Made by a program: the position numbers and the translations under genes. This document shows, piece after piece, positions 17,454 to 24,000 of a stretch of 24,000 bases of DNA; the stretch's first letter is position 1; each line of letters opens with the position of its first letter. The notes beneath the pieces were generated by a model. The model saw only the letters and a list, made by a program, of their open reading frames with translations. It made no database searches and had not been told where the DNA came from. Location of the stretch: positions 1 through 24,000 of the forward strand of contig JBJTCL010000057.1 of assembly GCA_046091865.1 (NCBI GenBank), read 5' to 3'. Source of the DNA: Burkholderiaceae bacterium (GTDB taxonomy: Bacteria > Pseudomonadota > Gammaproteobacteria > Burkholderiales > Burkholderiaceae_C).

Positions 17454-17812
17454 GAAGGCTTTCCTTGCTTTGCGTTGGAAGCGCCGTCAACAGGCGCTAC
17501 CGCCTCCAGCGTCGCGTCGCAGCCGCTGCCCGCCGAAATCCAGCGACGTGCCAGGCGCTGCACCCACGGCGCTGCCCAGCGCCACCGCGCGCCCATCACC
17601 CCCGCAGCGTCGCTGACCATGCCGCAGCGGTAACGCGATTCGGGTTCGTTCCAGCGCAGGGCCGTACAGGCGCCCGTGCGCTTGCGCGAGACCAGCACGC
17701 CCAAGGGGCAGGGTTCGGCCAGGCAGCACAGTCCGCAGCCGTTGCAGGGCGCACCGAACGCTGGCTTGGGCGGCGCCAGCGGCTCGATATGGATCACGCG
17801 GGCGTTTGGCAA
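17450..17812 (-). CDS. YkgJ family cysteine-cluster protein (CxxCxxCC, UPF0153)
   Basis: 120 aa with the Cys cluster CNGCGLCCLAEPCP plus later Cys residues. It has a TTG start with a GGGGAG SD, 18 nt after the uvrA-like stop. A GTG at 17797 is an alternative start. Confidence 0.72.
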   Translation of the reverse strand: MPNARVIHIEPLAPPKPAFGAPCNGCGLCCLAEPCPLGVLVSRKRTGACTALRWNEPESRYRCGMVSDAAGVMGARWRWAAPWVQRLARRWISAGSGCDATLEAVAPVDGASNAKQGKPS

Positions 17813-17830
17813 GTGCTCCCCTTCAGCCGG

Positions 17831-20800
17831 TCAGGCCCGCGCCAGCACCGGCGCCAGCGCGCGCCCGGTGTGCGTGCCCAGCGCCACCACGCCTTCGGGC
17901 GTAGCGGCGGCCACGATGCGCCCACCGCCGGTACCCCCCTCGGGGCCCAGGTCAATCACCCAGTCGGCTTCGGCGATCACATCCAAATCGTGCTCGATGA
18001 CGACCACGCTGTGGCCGCCATCCACCAGGCGGTGCAGCACGCGGATCAGCTTCTCCACATCGGCCATGTGCAGGCCCACCGTGGGTTCGTCCAGCACGTA
18101 CAGCGTGTGCGGGGGCAGCCCGCGCCGGGCCGCCCCAAGCGGGCGATCCCCCTCGGGGGGCGACGTCGAAGACGGCTGGGGGTCGATGGTTCGGCCGCGT
18201 CGTGTGACATCGTCGCGCACCTTGCTCAGTTCGGTGACGAGCTTGATGCGCTGCGCCTCGCCGCCGCTCAGCGTGGGGCTGGGCTGGCCCAGCGTCAGGT
18301 AGCCCAGGCCCACATCCTTCAGCAGCTGCAGCGGATGGCTGATGTTGGGCATGGACGCAAAGAACTCCACCGCCTCGTCCACCTCCATCTGCAGCACGTC
18401 GCCGATGCTTTTGCCGCGCCAGGTGACAGCCAGCGTCTCGGGGTTGAAGCGCGCGCAGTGGCAGGTTTCGCACGGCACCTTCACATCGGGCAGAAAGCTC
18501 ATCGCGATCGTGCGCATGCCCTGCCCTTCGCAGCCGGGGCAGCGGCCTTCGCCGGTGTTGAAGGAAAAGCGCCCCGCGCCGTAGCCACGCGCCTTGGCCT
18601 CCAGCGTGTCGGCAAACAACTTGCGGATGGTGTCCCAGAAGCCGATGTAGGTGGCCGGGCAGCTGCGCGGCGTTTTGCCGATGGGGGTCTGGTCCACCTC
18701 GAGCACGCGGTCCACCGCGCGCCAGCCTTCCACATCGCTGCAGCCGGCCCAGCGTGGCGTGGCGCGCTGGCTGACAGCGGCCTGTACGTTGGCCAGCAGC
18801 ACGTCGCGCGCCAGGGTGGACTTGCCCGAGCCCGAAACGCCCGTCACAGCCACCAGGCGCTTGAGGGGCACGTTCAGGTCGACGTTGGCGAGGTTATGCA
18901 GGTTGGCGTTGCGGACGAGGAGCCACTCTGGTTTTGCGTCGGCGGTGGATGGCTTCGCAGCGGACGGCGTACGCCCGCCCTCCTCATGAGGCAAGCCAAA
19001 ATCGCCGGTCGGGCGCACACCATCCGCTGTTCTCTGGTGCGCTGCGACGAACCGCCGGCCTTGCATTGGATGCTTGATCGCCTGCCGCAGATAGCGGCCT
19101 GTGAGTGACTCGTCGCTGGCCATCACATCGTCGGCATTGCCCTGCGCAATCACGCGGCCACCGCGCTTGCCGGCACTCGGGCCGATGTCGATGATGTGGT
19201 CGGCGCGGCGGATGGTGTCTTCGTCGTGCTCCACCACCACCAGCGTGTTGCCCTTGTCGCCCAGCTTGTGCAGCGCGTCCAGCAGGATCTGGTTGTCGCG
19301 CGCATGCAGGCCGATGGTGGGCTCGTCCAGCACGTAGCACACGCCCTGCAGGTTGCTGCCCAGCTGCGCCGCCAGACGGATGCGCTGCGCCTCGCCGCCG
19401 CTCAGCGTGGGGGCGCCGCGGTCCAGCGTCAGGTAGCCCAGGCCCACCTCTTCCAAGAACTCCAGCCGGCTGCGGATCTCGGGGATCAGGTCGCGCGCAA
19501 TGCCGGCCTCGCGCTCGCTCAGGGCGCCGTCGATCTGCAAAGTCTCGATCCACCGCCGCACATCGCGCACCGACAACTGCGCGATGTCGGTGATGCCGCG
19601 GCCAGCAAACTTCACCGAACGTGCCTGCAGGTTCAGTCGCGTGCCATGGCAGCTGGCGCAGGGCTCGTCGGCCACGTCTTCCACCTCGGGCTCGGCAAAG
19701 GTCTGCTCGCGGCCGCGGTTGTCCTCGTCGCGCAGCGTGTCGTCAAAGGCGCGGCGCTGCTCGCGGGTGAGCTTCACGCCAGTGCCCACGCAATCGGGGC
19801 ACCAGCCGTGCTTGCTGTTGTACGAGAACAGCCGCGGATCAAGCTCGGCATAGCTGGTGCTGCACGCCGGGCAGGCGCGCTTGGTGGAAAACACCTCCAC
19901 CCGGCCCAGGCCCGCCGCCGGCGCACCGGCCATCATCGCGGCGCGCAGGCCGTCCAGCGGCGCCAACACATGCAGCACGCCCTTGCCATGCTCCAGCGCG
20001 GTGGCCAGCGCGCGGCGCAAGTCGTCTTCGATGCTGGGGCTCACATGAAAATCAGCCACCGGCAACTCGATCGTGTGTTCCTTGAAGCGGTCGATGCGCG
20101 GAAAGCCGGTGGTCGGCAAAAACTCGCCGTCCACCCGCAGGTGGGTGTAGCCACGCGGGCGCGCCCAATCGGCCAGTTCGGTGTACACGCCCTTGCGCGC
20201 CACCACCAGCGGCGCCAGAAGGCCGATGTGCTGGCCGCGGTAGCGCTTCATCAACTGCGCCGCAATGCTGTCGGGCGTCTGCGGTTTCACTTCAGCGCCT
20301 TCGTTCACGCAGTGCTGGGTGCCCAGCTTCACGTACAGCAGCCGCAAAAAGTGCCACACCTCGGTGGTGGTGCCCACCGTGCTCTTGCGGCCGCCGCGGC
20401 TCAGGCGCTGCTCGATCGCCACCGTGGGCGGGATGCCGTACACCGCATCCACCTCGGGCCGACCCGCGGGCTGCACGATGCTGCGCGCATAGGCGTTCAG
20501 GCTTTCCAGATAGCGGCGCTGGCCCTCGTTGAACAGGATGTCGAAAGCCAGCGTGCTCTTGCCCGAGCCCGACACGCCGGTGATCACGCTGAAGCGGTTG
20601 TGAGGAATGTCGACCGACAGGTTCTTCAGGTTGTGCTCGCGCGCATGCACGATGCGGATGGCCTCGGGCAGCGGGGCGCGCTCGCGCGCGGCCCCCACCA
20701 AGGTCTGCAACGGTCGGCCCTCCTCGGCCACCAGCACCGTGGCCTGCGCGGCCGACTCGCCCAGGCCCATGGCCTGCTCGTACTCGCGCAGCGCACGGCC

Positions 20801-23800
20801 GGTGTGCGACGTGGCGTGCGTGCGCACCTGCTCGGGTGGGCCTTCGGCCACGATCAAGCCACCGGCGTCCCCGCCCTCGGGGCCCAGGTCAATCAACCAA
20901 TCCGCAGCACGGATCACGTCGAGGTTGTGCTCGATCACGATCAGCGAATGGCCAGCCTCCAGCAGCTTGCGCAGCGCGCGCATCAGCTTGGCGATGTCGT
21001 CGAAGTGCAGACCGGTGGTGGGCTCGTCAAACAGGAACAGCGTGCCGCGCGTGGCCAGCGGCTGGCTGGACCGGCTCTTCGCGGCCTCGGCCAGAAAGCC
21101 GGCAAGCTTGAGGCGCTGCGCCTCGCCGCCCGACAGCGTGGGCACCGGCTGACCGAGCTTCACGTACTCCAGGCCCACATCAACGATGGGCTGCAGCGCG
21201 CGGATCACATCGCGGTCGGCCTCGAACAATTCAGCCGCTTCACTGACGGTGAGTTCGAGCACGTCAGCCACGCTGAGCGAACGGAAATGGGGATCTGACC
21301 CCGATTGGCGTTCGATCTTGACCTCGAGGATTTCGGGGCGGTAGCGGCGGCCGTCGCAGTCGGGGCAGCGCAGGTACACATCCGACAGGAACTGCATCTC
21401 CACATGCTCGAAGCCCGAACCGCCGCAGGTGGGGCAGCGCCCATCGCCACTGTTGAAGCTGAACTTGGCTGCGGTGTAGCTGCGCTGGCGCGCCATGGGC
21501 GCATTGGCAAAGATCTCGCGGATGGCGTCCCATGCACCCACATAGCTCACCGGGTTGGAGCGCGCCGTCTTGCCGATGGGCGACTGATCGACGAACACCA
21601 CGCCACCCAAGTGATCCGCACCCAGCAGGCGGTCGTGCGCGCCGGGCGATTCGGTGGCCTGGCCAAAGTGACGCATCAGCGCGGGCGCCAGCACATCCTG
21701 AATCAGGCTGGACTTGCCCGAGCCCGACACGCCGGTCACGCACACCAGGCGCTGCAGCGGAAACTCCACCGACACGTTGTGCAGGTTGTGCTCGCGCGCG
21801 CCTTCCAGCACCAGACGTGGCGTGGCGTCGGTGACCGCGCGGCGCAGCCCCAGGCCCACCTGCTTGCGCACGCCCAGGTAGGCGCCCGTCAGCGTGTCGG
21901 CGCGCTTGAGCCGATCCGGCGTGCCGTCAAACACCATCTGCCCGCCGCGCTCGCCGGGGCCGGGGCCCATGTCGATGATGCGGTCGGCCGCCAGCATGAC
22001 GGCCGGGTCGTGCTCGACCACCACCAGCGTGTTGCCCGCATCGCGCAGGCGCTGCATGGCCTCGGTGATGCGGTTCATGTCGCGCGGATGCAGGCCGATG
22101 CTGGGCTCGTCCAGCACGAACAGCGTATTGACCAGCGAAGTGCCCAGCGCGGTGGTGAGGTTGATGCGCTGCACCTCGCCGCCACTCAGCGTGCGGCTTT
22201 GCCGGTCGAGCGTGAGGTAGCCGATGCCGACATCGCACAGGTACTTCAGGCGCGTGTTGATCTCGTCGAACAGCAGCTTGAGGGCTTGCAGTTCGCCCTG
22301 ACTTTGGGCCGCGATGGTGTGGGTCTGCCGCTCGAAGAACGCCCGCAGCGACGCGATCGGCATCAGCATCAGGTCGTGCAGGCTCAGGCCGGGCAGCGCC
22401 TCCAGTTGCTCACGCGTCCAGGCCACGCCAGCAGGCATGAAGCGCCTGGCCGGTGGCAGCACCGCGTCGGCATCGGCCTTGCTGCCCATGCGCCACAGCA
22501 TCGGCTCGGTCTTCAGGCGCGCGCCGCCGCAAGTGGTGCAGGGTGTGTAGCTGCGGTACTTGGACAGCAGCACCCGGATGTGCATCTTGTACGACTTGGT
22601 CTCCAAATACTCGAAGAAGCGCCGCACGCCGTACCACTGCTTGCCCCACTGCCCGTCACAATAGCCGGGCGCGCCGTCGATCACCCAGCGCTGCTGCTCG
22701 GGCGGCAGCTTGTACCAGGGCGTGTCGCGCGGAATGCCCGCCGCCTCGGCCAGGCGCAGTAGGTCGTCCTGGCACTCCGACCACGCGGGCGTCTGGAAGG
22801 GCTTGATCGCGCCCGAGCGCAGCGTGAGCTTGTCGTTGGGAATGACCAGGCCGTAGTCCACGCCGATCACGCGACCGAAGCCGCGACAAGCCTCGCAGGC
22901 GCCCACCGCCGAGTTGAACGAGAACATCGACGGGATGGGATCGGTGTAGCGCAGGTCGCTGTCGGGGCAGTGCAAGCCGGTGCTGAATTTCCAGATCAGC
23001 GGCTCGGCTTCGTCCTGCAGCACATACACCGTCATGCGCCCGCTGCCGCGCTTGAGCGCGAGTTCGATCGCCTCGATCGCGCGCACTTTTTCGACACTGC
23101 TCAAACGGAAGCGGTCCGCCACCACATCGAGGACCTTGACTGCCCCCACGCTCCCCGCTTCGCGTGGTTCGCTGCCCCCCGAGGGGGCGCTCGCTTGCTT
23201 GGAGCGGCCCGGCGCAGCGCTCGTGCGCGGCATCACTGGCGTGGTCACTTCGCGCTCGGCCTGCACGCGGGTGAAGCCGCTGGCCGACAGCCACTGCGCC
23301 ACCTCGTCGGCCGTGGTGTTGGCGGGCAACTCCACCGGAAAGGTCACCACCAGGCGCGGCTCGGCATCGGCTCCGAACGCGGCCACGCGGGTCTGCAGTT
23401 CTGAATAAATCGTCTCGGGCGTATCGAGCCGCACCGGCTGCGCCGTCTGCCGATCGAACAGTTGCGCCGCGCGCGCGAACAGCAGCTTCAGGTGGTCGTT
23501 GAGCTCGGTCATCGTGCCCACGGTCGAGCGCGACGAGCGCACCGGATTGGTCTGGTCGATGGCGATTGCCGGGGGCACGCCTTCGACGCGGTCCACCGCC
23601 GGCTTGTCCATGCGGTCGAGAAACTGCCGCGCGTAGGCGCTGAAGGTCTCCACGTAGCGCCGCTGCCCCTCGGCGTACAGCGTGTCGAACACCAGGCTTG
23701 ATTTGCCCGAACCGCTGGGCCCGGTCACCACCGTGAGCTCTCCGGTGCGCAGGTCCACGTCGAGGTTCTTGAGGTTGTGCTGGCGCGCGCCGCGGATGCG

Positions 23801-23818
23801 GATCCATCCCTGGGTCAT
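17831..23818 (-). CDS. uvrA: tandem-duplicated UvrA family protein (excinuclease ABC subunit A-like, two UvrA units, four ABC ATPase modules)
   Basis: A single 1995-aa ORF with ATG at 23818 preceded by an AGGGAAG SD.
- Unit 1 spans about aa 1-1010 (nt ~20790-23818).
- A linker spans about aa 1011-1053.
- Unit 2 spans aa 1054-1995 (nt 17834-20659).
- Four Walker A motifs are present: [36 protein letters not shown].
- Four LSGGE(V/A)QR signatures are present.
- Four Walker B/Glu motifs are present: VLDEPS, LFDEPT, VLDEPT, VLDEPT.
- Four H-loops are present: VVEHD, VIEHN, VVEHD, VIEHD.
- UvrA-type zinc motifs are present. Confidence 0.9.
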   Translation of the reverse strand: MTQGWIRIRGARQHNLKNLDVDLRTGELTVVTGPSGSGKSSLVFDTLYAEGQRRYVETFSAYARQFLDRMDKPAVDRVEGVPPAIAIDQTNPVRSSRSTVGTMTELNDHLKLLFARAAQLFDRQTAQPVRLDTPETIYSELQTRVAAFGADAEPRLVVTFPVELPANTTADEVAQWLSASGFTRVQAEREVTTPVMPRTSAAPGRSKQASAPSGGSEPREAGSVGAVKVLDVVADRFRLSSVEKVRAIEAIELALKRGSGRMTVYVLQDEAEPLIWKFSTGLHCPDSDLRYTDPIPSMFSFNSAVGACEACRGFGRVIGVDYGLVIPNDKLTLRSGAIKPFQTPAWSECQDDLLRLAEAAGIPRDTPWYKLPPEQQRWVIDGAPGYCDGQWGKQWYGVRRFFEYLETKSYKMHIRVLLSKYRSYTPCTTCGGARLKTEPMLWRMGSKADADAVLPPARRFMPAGVAWTREQLEALPGLSLHDLMLMPIASLRAFFERQTHTIAAQSQGELQALKLLFDEINTRLKYLCDVGIGYLTLDRQSRTLSGGEVQRINLTTALGTSLVNTLFVLDEPSIGLHPRDMNRITEAMQRLRDAGNTLVVVEHDPAVMLAADRIIDMGPGPGERGGQMVFDGTPDRLKRADTLTGAYLGVRKQVGLGLRRAVTDATPRLVLEGAREHNLHNVSVEFPLQRLVCVTGVSGSGKSSLIQDVLAPALMRHFGQATESPGAHDRLLGADHLGGVVFVDQSPIGKTARSNPVSYVGAWDAIREIFANAPMARQRSYTAAKFSFNSGDGRCPTCGGSGFEHVEMQFLSDVYLRCPDCDGRRYRPEILEVKIERQSGSDPHFRSLSVADVLELTVSEAAELFEADRDVIRALQPIVDVGLEYVKLGQPVPTLSGGEAQRLKLAGFLAEAAKSRSSQPLATRGTLFLFDEPTTGLHFDDIAKLMRALRKLLEAGHSLIVIEHNLDVIRAADWLIDLGPEGGDAGGLIVAEGPPEQVRTHATSHTGRALREYEQAMGLGESAAQATVLVAEEGRPLQTLVGAARERAPLPEAIRIVHAREHNLKNLSVDIPHNRFSVITGVSGSGKSTLAFDILFNEGQRRYLESLNAYARSIVQPAGRPEVDAVYGIPPTVAIEQRLSRGGRKSTVGTTTEVWHFLRLLYVKLGTQHCVNEGAEVKPQTPDSIAAQLMKRYRGQHIGLLAPLVVARKGVYTELADWARPRGYTHLRVDGEFLPTTGFPRIDRFKEHTIELPVADFHVSPSIEDDLRRALATALEHGKGVLHVLAPLDGLRAAMMAGAPAAGLGRVEVFSTKRACPACSTSYAELDPRLFSYNSKHGWCPDCVGTGVKLTREQRRAFDDTLRDEDNRGREQTFAEPEVEDVADEPCASCHGTRLNLQARSVKFAGRGITDIAQLSVRDVRRWIETLQIDGALSEREAGIARDLIPEIRSRLEFLEEVGLGYLTLDRGAPTLSGGEAQRIRLAAQLGSNLQGVCYVLDEPTIGLHARDNQILLDALHKLGDKGNTLVVVEHDEDTIRRADHIIDIGPSAGKRGGRVIAQGNADDVMASDESLTGRYLRQAIKHPMQGRRFVAAHQRTADGVRPTGDFGLPHEEGGRTPSAAKPSTADAKPEWLLVRNANLHNLANVDLNVPLKRLVAVTGVSGSGKSTLARDVLLANVQAAVSQRATPRWAGCSDVEGWRAVDRVLEVDQTPIGKTPRSCPATYIGFWDTIRKLFADTLEAKARGYGAGRFSFNTGEGRCPGCEGQGMRTIAMSFLPDVKVPCETCHCARFNPETLAVTWRGKSIGDVLQMEVDEAVEFFASMPNISHPLQLLKDVGLGYLTLGQPSPTLSGGEAQRIKLVTELSKVRDDVTRRGRTIDPQPSSTSPPEGDRPLGAARRGLPPHTLYVLDEPTVGLHMADVEKLIRVLHRLVDGGHSVVVIEHDLDVIAEADWVIDLGPEGGTGGGRIVAAATPEGVVALGTHTGRALAPVLARA
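18121..18161 (-). repeat. copy B of a ~43-nt GC-rich palindrome-containing repeat, in frame inside the uvrA-like CDS
   Basis: The reverse complement is GCCCCCCGAGGGGG-atcgccc-GCTTGGGGCGGCCCGGCGCG. It matches copy A at 14/14 positions and then 19/20. Confidence 0.7.
23174..23216 (+). repeat. copy A of the same repeat, opposite orientation, in frame inside the uvrA-like CDS
   Basis: The plus strand is GCCCCCCGAGGGGG-cgctcgctt-GCTTGGAGCGGCCCGGCGCA. GCCCCC-CGA-GGGGGC forms a 6-bp hairpin. Confidence 0.7.
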
Positions 23819-24000
23819 TCGGGCTTCCCTGTCGGTGTGTTCTGCTGGGGCCCGAGCATTCTAGGCAGCAGCGTCCGCAGGCAGGCGCATGGGGTCATCG
23901 CCTGCGCGCGCCCAAGCGCTGCACGCGCGCGGCCTCAGGGGCTTGCGCGCGTGCGGGCGTTCATGCAGGTGGCGCCAGGCAGCGCAGGGCCGCCGGCTCA

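Noticed and set aside
17933-17950. Additional sequences resembling the 14-mer repeat core (CCCCGAGGGGGG-like) at 17933-17950 and 20871-20890.
   Set aside because: These encode the conserved UvrA motif DLGPEGG in both units. The resemblance is explained by the codons for Pro-Glu-Gly-Gly, and the flanking 20-mer of the repeat is absent.
19196-22762. 700-aa and 485-aa plus-strand ORFs inside the uvrA-like locus.
   Set aside because: Both are antisense to a CDS with continuous, strong UvrA homology. Their composition is the same Arg/Ala/His/Gln-rich shadow-ORF type, and they have no SD or start context.
18121-23216. The idea that the two inverted repeat copies mediate programmed inversion of the intervening 5 kb.
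   Set aside because: Inversion would scramble the single CDS between them and leave no alternative reading frame that makes sense. No recombinase gene is nearby, and the repeats are short and imperfect.
23829-23844. A possible SOS (LexA) box upstream of the uvrA-like gene: CTGT-cggtgtgt-TCTG.
   Set aside because: Only one half-site fits CTGT-N8-ACAG, and the second half has 2 of 4 mismatches. This is not enough to call SOS regulation. A TAGAAT (23858-23863, minus strand) may be a -10 element, but there is no matching -35.
1-24000. A search by eye for tRNA or rRNA genes, CRISPR arrays, IS elements or transposases, integrases, toxin-antitoxin pairs or defence-island genes.
   Set aside because: None was found. 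Intergenic spaces are short and are accounted for by promoters, leaders and terminators. There is no compositional break suggesting horizontally acquired DNA.

Overview
This is a visibly GC-rich, gene-dense window. It reads as core chromosome of a betaproteobacterium, probably Burkholderiales/Comamonadaceae-like; that placement is an inference from protein similarity and gene order, not a search result. Almost every long ORF on one strand has a recognisable housekeeping product, and the long ORFs opposite them look like GC-driven shadow ORFs.

Gene order:
- a 5'-truncated M23 peptidase, anmK, and erpA (convergent with anmK)
- a bactofilin gene coupled to a single-pass coiled-coil membrane protein
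- rplM-rpsI with an intrinsic terminator
- rlmJ
- the phenylacetyl-CoA epoxidase operon paaABCDE, behind a perfect 28-bp palindrome that overlaps its promoter
- a Tat/lipobox protein of unknown function
- a minus-strand operon of SAH riboswitch, ahcY, a tlyA-family methyltransferase and metF
- prfC and a HAD-IIB hydrolase
- a minus-strand string of a 1995-aa tandem (double) UvrA, a YkgJ Cys-cluster protein and a ketopantoate-reductase-family protein

I found no tRNA or rRNA genes, CRISPR arrays, transposases, integrases or recognisable defence genes. I do not see a convincing novel multi-gene system.

The most unusual content is the single-chain double UvrA, which has four apparently intact ATPase sites and complementary domain losses in its two halves. 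The same gene also carries a ~43-nt GC-rich palindromic repeat present twice, in opposite orientations, each time in frame inside a low-complexity insertion. All homology statements come from by-eye comparison with sequences recalled from memory and need database confirmation.
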